Virus record (IMG/VR): IMGVR_UViG_3300048833_000111
Span: 32,218-96,217 of that record
Direction: 5' to 3' (one strand)
Origin: a virus
Length of the DNA stretch: 64,000 nt
The notes below the pieces were generated by a model. That model did no database searches and was not told the DNA's origin. It saw only the letters and a program-made list of their open reading frames with translations. The first letter of the stretch is position 1; each line of letters starts with the position of its first letter. A program made the translations under genes and the position numbers. Shown piece by piece: positions 1-9,082 of the stretch.

Positions 1-357
1 GTATTACAATATAGTACCAAGGTATTTGAATATTTGGGTATTCTGTAATTAATTATTGTATAATATTACAGAAGGTGATTTGTCTTGAAGATGTATTGAT
101 TGTATCAAAAAGGCTATATTAATATATGAAGGCAATTTTGATGATTTTGAATATGTAGTGAAATGTGTGTAATGTTGTCTGGACAGCATACAGCCTTAAA
201 CTACAAAATAAATCTAGTTTCAGTAAGAATGCACCATTGGAGGCAGTATTGAACTAATTAATCTTCAAAACTTTTCAGCTTGTTAGGACTGTATGGAGCA
301 TTCCGCAATGGTTTACTCCCAAAAAATAACCAATAAGTGAGGTCAATAAAATAATAA

Positions 358-382
358 AGGGGAATACATTACATATTCCCCT
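358..382 (-). terminator. Rho-independent terminator after 407..856
   Basis: AGGGGAATA-cattaca-TATTCCCCT hairpin, T-rich tail on minus strand. Confidence 0.75.
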
Positions 383-406
383 AAATTAACTAAGGCACCT
401 ATTCTA

Positions 407-856
407 TTAGATAGCTTGTCCAGCTAATGCCTCTTGTACATTCTCTGCTACTTCCGCAGGACTTTCATTTACCCATACATCAGGAGTATTTGGGTCTTCC
501 ACATACTCAAACTGAAGGTAAGTTTCTCTACCATTGGTAAGTACAACCTCCCCTGTAGTAGGATTGATTTTAGGATTTTGAGTGGATGTGGCACCATTTT
601 GTCCAGCTACATAGAAAGGCTGAAAGCTCTCTTGTTTCTGGATTTTACCTGGCAACACTTGTCCTTCCCTTAATCCCAAAGATTCCAAATCTGCAATCTT
701 ACCTCTAATGAAGGCACTTCTCTTGGAGACATTAAGAATACCTCCAGCAAAGGATTTATTCTCAGAGTCTACTCTGATTGTACCCCACTCTGGGTTGTTT
801 GTACTTGGGGTAATGATATTACCTGTTTCTGGATGTTTTGCAACTTTTACTGACAT
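407..856 (-). CDS. Hypothetical phage protein, possibly ssDNA-binding (beta-rich, acidic C-tail)
   Basis: 149-aa ORF followed by terminator; SSB function is only a guess. Confidence 0.5.
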   Translation of the reverse strand: MSVKVAKHPETGNIITPSTNNPEWGTIRVDSENKSFAGGILNVSKRSAFIRGKIADLESLGLREGQVLPGKIQKQESFQPFYVAGQNGATSTQNPKINPTTGEVVLTNGRETYLQFEYVEDPNTPDVWVNESPAEVAENVQEALAGQAI

Positions 857-953
857 AATAAGATTATTTAAAGGTTATTAAAAGATTTTAAGAGTGCAAA
901 TACAATGCCTTCTAGGCTTTCAACTCTTCTAGCAAGATTTGCAAAAACAAGTG

Positions 954-965
954 AGGGTATTTAGT
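954..965 (-). promoter_or_regulatory. Repeated motif ACTAAATACCCT, candidate phage promoter (copy 1)
   Basis: Exact 12-bp repeat of 1244..1255; lies between a terminator and the next gene. Confidence 0.45.
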
Positions 966-980
966 GTGAGTGAATATAGA

Positions 981-1011
981 AAAGAAGAGAGTATTAAACA
1001 CTCTCTTCTTT
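981..1011 (-). terminator. Terminator hairpin after 994..1200
   Basis: AAAGAAGAGAGT-attaaac-ACTCTCTTCTTT, 12-bp stem. Confidence 0.7.
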
Positions 1012-1200
1012 TATTTTCCATATATATCTTCTACTGTATTCTCCTCTACTTGCTAATACACCCATAGCTTGAAAATATTCAATATTTGGTACCTCTTGAA
1101 TTAATAGTCTATATTTAGATTGAGCAGAGATATTTCTAGATATAATATCTTCAATAAGAGCTTTATCTTTTACAGATATATTTATAATAGGTTTTTTCAT
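994..1200 (-). CDS. Hypothetical protein
   Basis: 68-aa ORF flanked by repeated motif and terminator. Confidence 0.6.
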   Translation of the reverse strand: MKKPIINISVKDKALIEDIISRNISAQSKYRLLIQEVPNIEYFQAMGVLASRGEYSRRYIWKIKEESV

Positions 1201-1243
1201 AATATTTGGTTTTAGATTAAGGCACTATTGCCACTAATAAGAA

Positions 1244-1255
1244 AGGGTATTTAGT
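1244..1255 (-). promoter_or_regulatory. Repeated motif ACTAAATACCCT, candidate phage promoter (copy 2)
   Basis: Exact repeat of 954..965. Confidence 0.45.
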
Positions 1256-1283
1256 AATAGTAGAGATAACAATAAAAAAACAA

Positions 1284-1306
1284 AGAGAAGGCATAACACC
1301 TTCTCT
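1284..1306 (-). terminator. Terminator after 1389..1577
   Basis: AGAGAAGG-cataaca-CCTTCTCT with T-run on minus strand. Confidence 0.7.
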
Positions 1307-1388
1307 AAGTCTAACCAAATATTAATTGGGGATATATACTGAAGGTATTTTACCTTCTGTAGTATTGTGTAATAGTGATACTACCAAG

Positions 1389-1577
1389 CTATTGAAGCCT
1401 GGTAATATCATCTTTTATTTCCTTCTGTTCTTTTAGTATGTACATCATCCATACCATAAGACCAACAATAGAACTAACAAGCAGACCACACACACCACGT
1501 TGTGATGAAGTGATGGCAAAGTCTAGTGAAAAGCCAACCACACTGACAATCAATAAAGCATAAAATAAATATTTCAC
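1389..1577 (-). CDS. Small membrane protein (2 predicted TM helices)
   Basis: 62 aa, GTG start, two hydrophobic segments. Confidence 0.5.
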   Translation of the reverse strand: MKYLFYALLIVSVVGFSLDFAITSSQRGVCGLLVSSIVGLMVWMMYILKEQKEIKDDITRLQ

Positions 1578-1723
1578 GAGGATAAAAGTTTAAGTTAATA
1601 ATGATGGGTGGGGGACTTTCCCTTCCAAAAATAAGTAGGGGTGTTTTTTGAGGTACACTCACACATCCATAATATTACAACTTAAAAAATTTTTTATAAA
1701 AATTTTGTGGTGGTATAGTATAT

Positions 1724-1755
1724 AAAAAAAACCCCAGTAGACTTAACTACTGGGG
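1724..1755 (-). terminator. Terminator downstream of GIY-YIG gene
   Basis: CCCCAGTAG-acttaa-CTACTGGGG plus T-run on minus strand. Confidence 0.8.
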
Positions 1756-1886
1756 TATATTGTTAGAACATACATCACAGATACTTTCATAAAAAGGTAC
1801 TCTCCTCTCTTATAAACACACCTCACCCAAAAAACTAAAGTTTTTTAAGTTCAGCTTATCAGCTTCCTTATTAAGTAACAAAGTTA

Positions 1887-2633
1887 CTACTTTTTTTTTA
1901 CATTATTGCAATCTGTCAAGTTAAATTTTTTTAAATAAAATCCTGAAGACTTATGAAATTTATTTTTAGTTAAAAGTATTTGTCTTACTCTTTCCCTACT
2001 TATACTAAGAAAATTTCCTACTTCTTTTAAGGTTTTAAAAGTATATTCTTTTTCATCATTATACACTTTAACTCTTTTTAAGTTATATAGTTTAGATTTT
2101 TCCCTACTTTCATTAGTATAAGATTTCCAATTATTTATAATATGTTTATTACATACATAAAATTCAGGAGTTACTAATCTATACTTTCTCTTGTAAACAG
2201 TTTCAGTATTTATTGTACTTGTATTATAAGTACTTCTTTTATTATTAGTAGTATACCTAATACATTCAGATATACTAGGAAAAACTTTAATTAGATTTCC
2301 TTTTAAATCAATTAAACACACAGCTATTTGCATACAATCAAACCCTCCTGCTTTAGCTATTTTAGTTTGATTATAATTCTTATTAAAATCTAAAGTATCA
2401 AGGTATTTTTGTTCAATTTCATATAAGTTATTATAACTACATATTTCTAGTATCTCCCATTTAAAAGCTTGTTTTCCATATTTATTAAATGAGGATTGTA
2501 AATGAGAATTTTTATGTGTACCTTTTTTTAATTCTCTAAAATGTCTCCTTATTCTATCTTCTATATTTTTAGAAGAACCTATATAACATTTATTATTTTT
2601 AATATTTGTTATTTTATATATTCCTGTTTTCAT
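1887..2633 (-). CDS. Free-standing GIY-YIG homing endonuclease with NUMOD-like DNA-binding domains
   Basis: GIYKITN...YIGSS..R..H motif; conserved Glu (EIEQKYL) and YN. Confidence 0.9.
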   Translation of the reverse strand: MKTGIYKITNIKNNKCYIGSSKNIEDRIRRHFRELKKGTHKNSHLQSSFNKYGKQAFKWEILEICSYNNLYEIEQKYLDTLDFNKNYNQTKIAKAGGFDCMQIAVCLIDLKGNLIKVFPSISECIRYTTNNKRSTYNTSTINTETVYKRKYRLVTPEFYVCNKHIINNWKSYTNESREKSKLYNLKRVKVYNDEKEYTFKTLKEVGNFLSISRERVRQILLTKNKFHKSSGFYLKKFNLTDCNNVKKK

Positions 2634-2637
2634 ACTA

Positions 2638-2668
2638 CAAATTTAATAAAAAGTCAAGACCTGACAAA
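2638..2668 (-). promoter_or_regulatory. Bacteroidota sigma-A promoter (leaderless) for GIY-YIG gene
   Basis: TTTG-N19-TAAATTTG, 4 nt before ATG. Confidence 0.75.
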
Positions 2669-2707
2669 ATAATAATTAATATTAATATTAAAAAAGTTTA
2701 ATATTTA

Positions 2708-2739
2708 TTTGTATAGATTAAATAAAGTTTATATCTTTG
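2708..2739 (+). promoter_or_regulatory. Bacteroidota sigma-A promoter starting the plus-strand late region
   Basis: TTTG-N20-TATCTTTG, 4 nt before ATG 2744. Confidence 0.8.
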
Positions 2740-2743
2740 CCTT

Positions 2744-3079
2744 ATGGAAAATTTACTAGAATATAAAGTGGTTATATACCTTAATAATGCTAAAGCTGAA
2801 GAACAGGCTGAAAAGTATAGGGATTTAGGTATACAGATTCCTGAAGAAGAACAGGAAGTAGAAGAAAAGATTGTTAAATACTCTTTTAATATTAGTGGAG
2901 AGATAGTAGAGATTAGGGAGACTTTTGTTAAATATATGTCAGAATGGCTACCTGCTGTATGTGTCTCCTTTACTACAAAGGAAGGTACATTTATAGATAC
3001 ACCTCCATTACTTGTTACATATGAAGAGTTTAAAAGAAATTTAAATGAACATAATAAGAAAGATACTCAGGTTAAATAA
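2744..3079 (+). CDS. Hypothetical protein
   Basis: 111-aa ORF directly after promoter. Confidence 0.7.
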   Translation: MENLLEYKVVIYLNNAKAEEQAEKYRDLGIQIPEEEQEVEEKIVKYSFNISGEIVEIRETFVKYMSEWLPAVCVSFTTKEGTFIDTPPLLVTYEEFKRNLNEHNKKDTQVK

Positions 3080-3401
3080 GGAGGAGTATTATAAAAAACA
3101 TTTACTGATAATTAATCATTTGTTACCTATACAGATGACTCCTAAAGAAGCTGAAGTTTTAGCTGCCTTTATGTCATTGGAAGGAGATATAGCAAATGAC
3201 CCTTTTGGTACATCTGGAAGAAAGATAGTAAAAAATAAATTAGGTATATCTGCTGGAGGATTGGGAAATTATTTAGACCAATTGAAAAAGAAGGAATTTA
3301 TATTGACTAGAGATGACAGCTCACTTTATATATTACCTATACTGATTCCTGACAGAGATATACAGGGATACCAATTTAAATTAGAAAACAATGAAGTGTA
3401 A
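3045..3401 (+). CDS. Putative winged-helix DNA-binding protein
   Basis: MTPKEAEVL...KLGISAGGLGNYLDQLKKKEFI resembles a wHTH. Confidence 0.6.
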   Translation: MNIIRKILRLNKEEYYKKHLLIINHLLPIQMTPKEAEVLAAFMSLEGDIANDPFGTSGRKIVKNKLGISAGGLGNYLDQLKKKEFILTRDDSSLYILPILIPDRDIQGYQFKLENNEV

Positions 3402-3555
3402 GAGAACTAAAAATGGATTACTACTTCCAACTATATTTGAAATGGAATTCTTTGGAGTGAAAGCAATACCAGATAATACTTACTATAATCCAAATACACT
3501 TGAAGTAGTAGAAAGAGAATTATTCAGTCAACAAGAATTTCACACATATGCATAA
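3391..3555 (+). CDS. Small hypothetical protein (54 aa, not in ORF track)
   Basis: MKCKRTKNG...EFHTYA*; fills the gap and overlaps both neighbours. Confidence 0.6.
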   Translation: MKCKRTKNGLLLPTIFEMEFFGVKAIPDNTYYNPNTLEVVERELFSQQEFHTYA

Positions 3556-3928
3556 TTATAAAGTAAGTAGAAATGGTCTTTGGGGGGATAGGGTAAAACC
3601 ATCTTATCCAGGTATTACCAAAGAAATGATAGAAGAGACTGTACAATATGTCTTTAGGGACCAACCTGAAAGACAGATGGTATTACATACTGGACCAAGA
3701 GGAATGGAACAATTTAGACAAGCTGTGCAAGAAGAGTTAAATAGTGATGAACAGCTCTGGGCTGATATAAGAAATGAACAGTATCCTTTAACACCAGAAG
3801 AGTCTTTTGATACAGGTGTAGTAACACAAGTAGGTTGGACAACAGCAACCAACCCTAATTATTTAAGATTACAGAGAGGAGAAATAACACCAGTGGAATA
3901 TCTGGATTTAATAAGTGAAGAAGAATGA
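3548..3928 (+). CDS. Hypothetical protein with MCP-like segment
   Basis: ITKEMIEETVQYVF..VLHTGPRGMEQFRQAVQE resembles MCP LTAKLIEEFLLDIF..KVFTGEYGMVLFNRAMQD. Confidence 0.6.
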   Translation: MHNYKVSRNGLWGDRVKPSYPGITKEMIEETVQYVFRDQPERQMVLHTGPRGMEQFRQAVQEELNSDEQLWADIRNEQYPLTPEESFDTGVVTQVGWTTATNPNYLRLQRGEITPVEYLDLISEEE

Positions 3929-4335
3929 ATATATTTAAATTTCAACACCCATCAGACTTAATCTCAAGATTATTTATACTTGAGTATATGAGAGAAATTG
4001 GGGCAAGCACATTATATAGTAAAGCAAATAAACATCAGAGAAATAAGTTTTTCTATAAGTTTACTTCAGAGGATACAGAAGGTACTCAAGAGATAGAATC
4101 AGTAGATATTAATTATGAGTATTGTTTATTTATAGCTACTCTTCATGAACTAGAATCATTCTTGAAATTATTTCTTGATGAAATAGAACAAGTGGAAGCT
4201 AGTAGACAAAAGATTTATAAAGAGGCTAAAAAGAAGTTAATTGAGGAAAGAATAAAAGCTCCTGTAGATATTAATATAATGGATTTAGCCCAAACTGAAA
4301 TAAATAAAAATAACTCTAATGAACTCATTCTCTAA
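3925..4335 (+). CDS. Hypothetical protein
   Basis: 136-aa ORF, ATGA overlap. Confidence 0.65.
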   Translation: MNIFKFQHPSDLISRLFILEYMREIGASTLYSKANKHQRNKFFYKFTSEDTEGTQEIESVDINYEYCLFIATLHELESFLKLFLDEIEQVEASRQKIYKEAKKKLIEERIKAPVDINIMDLAQTEINKNNSNELIL

Positions 4336-4609
4336 TAATATAGAAGAATATTGGGAAGAAGTAAAAGACCAGTATGATATAGATTTTGAAGAATTTAAAA
4401 AAGTATGTAAGAATGTATTTACTTTTATAAAGGAAACTATATCTTCTGGTGTTGGTAAAAATATTAGGGTAAAATATCTTGGGGTATTTGAAGTTTCTAA
4501 AAGTAGAGTAGAATATTGTAAAAAATCACTTCTTAATAATCTAGAGAAAGGAGCTATATCCCAAGAAAGGTATGATAAAAGAATAAAGATATTAAATAAT
4601 TATGTTTAG
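4319..4609 (+). CDS. HU/IHF-like DNA-binding protein
   Basis: Helices followed by NIRVKYLGVFEV, an HU/IHF beta-strand signature. Confidence 0.6.
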   Translation: MNSFSNNIEEYWEEVKDQYDIDFEEFKKVCKNVFTFIKETISSGVGKNIRVKYLGVFEVSKSRVEYCKKSLLNNLEKGAISQERYDKRIKILNNYV

Positions 4610-4994
4610 ATTTATTAAGGATATGTATTATTATGTACAAGGTAATTTGAGATATAAATTATTTTATAGTAACTTTGCATTTTTAATACCTACACATATT
4701 TATGAACAGATATGTGTTAGAATAAATAGCATGGATAAAAAATGCTATGATGATGGACAATGTAAGCTATGTGGTTGTAATACTACAGCTCTACAAATGG
4801 CAAATAAAGCTTGTGACAAGCCTTGTTACCCACCTTTGTTAAATCAAAGTATGTGGAATAAGATGAAAGAATCCAGAGATAGAAAGGTAGTTAGGTTTGG
4901 TGTTAGATTTAAAAACTGTAATTGGTTTTTATATAAAGATAAATTTTTAAAAAATGAATTGGGAGAAGACAAGGCTGGATTTAGGAGAAGTTAA
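4602..4994 (+). CDS. Cys-rich putative zinc-binding protein
   Basis: CYDDGQCKLCGC...CDKPC. Confidence 0.6.
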   Translation: MFRFIKDMYYYVQGNLRYKLFYSNFAFLIPTHIYEQICVRINSMDKKCYDDGQCKLCGCNTTALQMANKACDKPCYPPLLNQSMWNKMKESRDRKVVRFGVRFKNCNWFLYKDKFLKNELGEDKAGFRRS

Positions 4995-5247
4995 ACAAGG
5001 TTCTTCTAAGAAATTTATTTTTAAGGCTACTAAAGATTTAGATATAAGTAGTATAAAACTTGGTTGTAATAGCTGTACCAAAGCTAAATACAAGGATAGG
5101 ATACTTAATGTAACCTTTACACCACAGAATATACCTGTACACATATCTTTAACTCAAAACTGGCAAAGAGTAGCTAAGATAATAGTAATAAAATATAGTA
5201 ATGGTACAGAGGAAACTCTTACCTTTACTGCTAAAATAGTGAAATGA
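4954..5247 (+). CDS. DUF1573-like Ig-fold protein
   Basis: DLGEV..G...F...ISSIKLGCNSCT resembles the Bacteroidota DUF1573 SCGCT motif. Confidence 0.55.
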   Translation: MNWEKTRLDLGEVKQGSSKKFIFKATKDLDISSIKLGCNSCTKAKYKDRILNVTFTPQNIPVHISLTQNWQRVAKIIVIKYSNGTEETLTFTAKIVK

Positions 5248-5834
5248 TGAGTGATAATAAAGTAAGAGCGTATAGTAATAAAGAACTATTGGATAGGGTA
5301 TCATCCCTACCTAGTTTCAAAGGTATACCTACAGATTATTGGATATTGGGAGTTCAATCTAATGAAGATTCCTATAATTTATTTGATGACAAATTCTATA
5401 TTTTTAAAGGAACTAGATTTGTAAAAGTAGTATCAGGTACAACTAATGCTGGAACTACTGGATTAATGAACTATGAAAAGTATAGTAAGGATGGTGTATT
5501 GGTAGTTAAGACCAATGAATGGTATTATGGATTATGGAAATTTGGATATCATAATGGTAGAATGCCAGCATTAAAACAAGTTAGACCTATAAAATATTTT
5601 AGAGATTGGAACAAAAACAAAAGTGTAGAAGAGATTGGACAAGTATACTCAGGAATGAGAGGGATAAACTTTCATACAGTACTCTATGAAAAAACTTTAT
5701 CTTTTGTAAGAAAGTTTATAGGAGGGTGGTCCGTGGGTTGCCAAGTGGTAAATAGTGTGGGAGATTACTATGAAATTTTAGAGCTTATGAAGGACCAAAA
5801 TAGTGTGACTTATTGTATAATAAAAGAATTTTAA
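5244..5834 (+). CDS. Putative endolysin/peptidoglycan enzyme, L,D-transpeptidase-like
   Basis: GINFH...GGWSVGCQV matches the H...SxGC catalytic motif. Confidence 0.65.
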   Translation: MMSDNKVRAYSNKELLDRVSSLPSFKGIPTDYWILGVQSNEDSYNLFDDKFYIFKGTRFVKVVSGTTNAGTTGLMNYEKYSKDGVLVVKTNEWYYGLWKFGYHNGRMPALKQVRPIKYFRDWNKNKSVEEIGQVYSGMRGINFHTVLYEKTLSFVRKFIGGWSVGCQVVNSVGDYYEILELMKDQNSVTYCIIKEF

Positions 5835-5835
5835 T

Positions 5836-6045
5836 ATGAAAATAAAAGTAGATTTTGATACAAAACAAATAGAGATTATAGGAGAGGTAAATTTGGGTGA
5901 ATTTTCTAGAAAGATTATGGACCTTGGGTTGGATGTAGAAGAGTGGAGTGTAATAACTAAAGTAGAATATGTACTTGGAAATATCTTTACAACTCCTAAT
6001 ATAACTCCTTATAGAAACCCTTTTGAACCTTATGTGACTTACTAA
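5836..6045 (+). CDS. Hypothetical protein
   Basis: 69-aa ORF, tightly packed. Confidence 0.6.
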   Translation: MKIKVDFDTKQIEIIGEVNLGEFSRKIMDLGLDVEEWSVITKVEYVLGNIFTTPNITPYRNPFEPYVTY

Positions 6046-6046
6046 T

Positions 6047-6598
6047 ATGGCATTTTTATTTGTAGTAGAAAATAGTATAGCTAAGCCCAATACAGAAACC
6101 CTACTTATAGAGCCTTTTAAGACTATATGGGAGAGAGATAAATCCTCTTCTAAAAGTCTAGCTCTCAAGGAACTTACTTTTATAGAGTTTATGTCCTCAA
6201 AGAAAAAGACAAATCCTTATGCAGGTTATGATGATGATATAAGATATGAAAGACTTAAGGAAACAATGCCAGAGGATTGGGAGATGGATAGTGTTGTAGA
6301 GCAAGGGTTAATAAAGATTAAGGACTTTCAAATAGAAGCATCCCCAACTTACCAATATTATTTGTCTGCACAGAAGGCAGCAGAAAAGATGAGAGGATTC
6401 TTTAATACTTTTGATATAAATGAAAGGAATGAAAGGAATGGAAATCCTGTATATAAGCCAAGTGATATTACAAAAGCTCTAAATGATACTGATAAAGTGT
6501 TACAAAATTTAAACTCAATGAAGGAGAAGGTAGAGCAGGAATTATTTGAACAAACAAAGACAAGAGGAAATAAACAAATTAATCCATTTGAAGTATAA
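6047..6598 (+). CDS. Conserved helical protein upstream of terminase (candidate small terminase subunit)
   Basis: Position and C-terminal coiled coil; function inferred. Confidence 0.5.
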   Translation: MAFLFVVENSIAKPNTETLLIEPFKTIWERDKSSSKSLALKELTFIEFMSSKKKTNPYAGYDDDIRYERLKETMPEDWEMDSVVEQGLIKIKDFQIEASPTYQYYLSAQKAAEKMRGFFNTFDINERNERNGNPVYKPSDITKALNDTDKVLQNLNSMKEKVEQELFEQTKTRGNKQINPFEV

Positions 6599-6603
6599 GA
6601 AAT

Positions 6604-6873
6604 ATGATTATATTACCAACAGGTGCTGTTATAGTAAAACAGAGAATAGAGAAATATAAAAATTCAGGGGGTATAATATTGGAAGATACCAGTGCATTGG
6701 ATAAAGTGTATAATGATGGAGAGATTATATTTACTGCCCCAGAGCTTACAGATTTACAGTCAAAGAAAATAGTATTTAGACCTAATTATGCAGAGGAAAT
6801 AGATATTGAGGGAGAAAAATATTTATTTTTTAGGGATGTACAATCCTCTATGTATTATATTATAGAAGAATAA
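6604..6873 (+). CDS. groES: GroES-like co-chaperonin
   Basis: P...VIVK....K.SGGIIL mobile loop; YAEEIDIEGEKYLFFRD; 89 aa. Confidence 0.75.
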   Translation: MIILPTGAVIVKQRIEKYKNSGGIILEDTSALDKVYNDGEIIFTAPELTDLQSKKIVFRPNYAEEIDIEGEKYLFFRDVQSSMYYIIEE

Positions 6874-9080
6874 TGATTAGAAAAAGTAGTGGTGTTTGGG
6901 TAGACTCTTCAGTATTTAGAGCAGAGGCAATTAAATTCCAAGAGAATGGAGTTTATTGTTCTGCTCCTATTGGTACTCCAGATTGGTTTACATATTGGGA
7001 AGAACAGTTGAGAAGATGTAGAGAAGGTTATGAAGTTGATGGTCATAAGATAACTGGTAATCACTACTTTTATTTAAATTTTACCCAAATACAAATTGTA
7101 AAAGAAGAAGATGATGATTCTGTAGTAGCAGAGAAAATCACCCAACAACCTGACTTTTGGGATGGGGATTACAATTACTTTTGGGCTTTGGAAATAGCTA
7201 AGAATGGAATCTGTACAAAGAATAGTTTAGTACCTTCAACTGAGCAGGAAAGAAAAGATTGGATAGCTTACAATAAAAAAGTAAAATTAATTAAGAAAAA
7301 AGATAGAAAGACCTATAGAAATAATCCAGAATATTTAAAGGCTAAAGAGAAAAGAGATACTATTTCTAAAGCTATATTGGATAGGTTAAATTTATTTGTA
7401 AAACCCCATCTGGATTATTTGGATGGTGGTTATCATATGATTGTAGGTAAGTCTAGAAGGAAGGGTTACTCTTATAAGGATGGTGCAATTTGTGCTAATA
7501 TTTATAATACAGTTAGAAAAGCACAGGTTATTATTGGAGCGCATGAAAAGAAGTTCCTTTATCCTAAAGGGACTATGGGTATGGCATCAGATTATTTAAA
7601 CTTCTTAAATGAACATACTGGATGGGCAAAATCTAGAGATTATGTAGATAAACAGGACCATAAAAAAGCTTCTTATAAAACAGTAGTAAATGGTGTACCT
7701 GTAGAGAAGGGTTATGAATCTGAAATATTTGCACTATCTTTTAAAGATAATCCAGATGCTGCTAGGGGAAAGGATGGTAAGATTGTACTATTAGAGGAGG
7801 CAGGAGCTTTCCCTAATTTAAAAGATGCATACAATGCTATATATCCTGCACTTACAGGGGGTTCTTATATTACTGGACAAATTATTATATTTGGAACTGG
7901 TGGGGATATGGAATCAGGTACTGTAGACTATGCTGATATGTTCTATAATCCTACTGCCTACAGATTAATGCCTTTTATAAATATATGGGATGAAAATGGA
8001 CAGGATTCTGTTTGTGGATTCTTCCATCCAGTTACTTGGAATCTTGAAGGTTTTTATGATTCACAAGGTAATTCAGATATAGAGGGTGCTACTGAGTTTG
8101 AAAATGATAGGAGACAGACATTATTGGAAGAATCCTCATCATCAACTACCCTTCAGAAACACGTACAGGAATACCCATTCTGTCCTTCAGAAGCCTTTCT
8201 TACTGTCAGTACTAACAACTTCCCTGTTATTGAGCTGAGAAACCAACTTAATAAAGTTATACATGAGAGATTACAATTGAAAAAGGGTACTCCTGTGTAT
8301 TTAGATAGGGTAAATGGAAAAGTAGTTGCAAGACCAGATTTACAGAATAAATTACAACCAGTATTAAACTATAGACCTAAGATAGAAGATTTAACTGGGT
8401 GTCCAATTATATATGAATATCCAATAGATAATCCTCCTAAAGGATTATATAAAATAGGATATGACCCATATAGGCAGGATTTATCAACAGGTGTATCTTT
8501 AGCAGCTATTTATGTATACAAGTCTTCACATAAATTCTCATATAAGAGAAACATTATAGTAGCTGAATATGTAGGTAGACCACCAGAAGCAGATGATGTA
8601 AATAGAATAGCAGCTCAATTGGCTGAACTTTACAATGCAGAAATAATGCATGAAAATGAAGTTACACATGTAAAGAATTATTTTAGAAGAACAAAACAAT
8701 TACATTTGTTAGCTGCACAACCTGATGAGGTTATCAGTAAAAATATAAAGAACTCTACTGTTGCAAGGATATATGGTATACATATGAATGAACAGTTAAA
8801 AGATGCTGGGGAGAAATATATAAAGGATTGGTTATTGGAAGTAAGAGATTATGATGAGAATGGTAGTCCAATATTAAATCTGGAAAGTATATATTCTATA
8901 GGTCTTTTAGAAGAATTAATACAATATAACAGAAAAGGAAACTTTGATAGGGTAATGTCTTTTATGATGTGCATGTTCCAAATACAAGAAGAAGATTTAG
9001 GTAAGGAATATGGCGATAAAGAAAATACAAGAGTGCAAAGTATTGTAAACTTTTTTGATAAACTAAATAAAAGAAATTAA
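6873..9080 (+). CDS. terL: Terminase large subunit
   Basis: KSRRKGYSY Walker A, LLEEAG Walker B, GTGG, GYDPY and NFDRV nuclease motifs. Confidence 0.95.
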   Translation: MIRKSSGVWVDSSVFRAEAIKFQENGVYCSAPIGTPDWFTYWEEQLRRCREGYEVDGHKITGNHYFYLNFTQIQIVKEEDDDSVVAEKITQQPDFWDGDYNYFWALEIAKNGICTKNSLVPSTEQERKDWIAYNKKVKLIKKKDRKTYRNNPEYLKAKEKRDTISKAILDRLNLFVKPHLDYLDGGYHMIVGKSRRKGYSYKDGAICANIYNTVRKAQVIIGAHEKKFLYPKGTMGMASDYLNFLNEHTGWAKSRDYVDKQDHKKASYKTVVNGVPVEKGYESEIFALSFKDNPDAARGKDGKIVLLEEAGAFPNLKDAYNAIYPALTGGSYITGQIIIFGTGGDMESGTVDYADMFYNPTAYRLMPFINIWDENGQDSVCGFFHPVTWNLEGFYDSQGNSDIEGATEFENDRRQTLLEESSSSTTLQKHVQEYPFCPSEAFLTVSTNNFPVIELRNQLNKVIHERLQLKKGTPVYLDRVNGKVVARPDLQNKLQPVLNYRPKIEDLTGCPIIYEYPIDNPPKGLYKIGYDPYRQDLSTGVSLAAIYVYKSSHKFSYKRNIIVAEYVGRPPEADDVNRIAAQLAELYNAEIMHENEVTHVKNYFRRTKQLHLLAAQPDEVISKNIKNSTVARIYGIHMNEQLKDAGEKYIKDWLLEVRDYDENGSPILNLESIYSIGLLEELIQYNRKGNFDRVMSFMMCMFQIQEEDLGKEYGDKENTRVQSIVNFFDKLNKRN

Positions 9081-9082
9081 TT

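Noticed and set aside
1474-1662. Alternative minus-strand ORF
   Set aside because: Overlaps the more plausible 1389..1577 membrane ORF and runs through low-complexity DNA
1-1880. tRNA, ncRNA or CRISPR array in the non-coding left end
   Set aside because: No cloverleaf/T-loop signature or regularly spaced repeats; hairpins are explained as terminators
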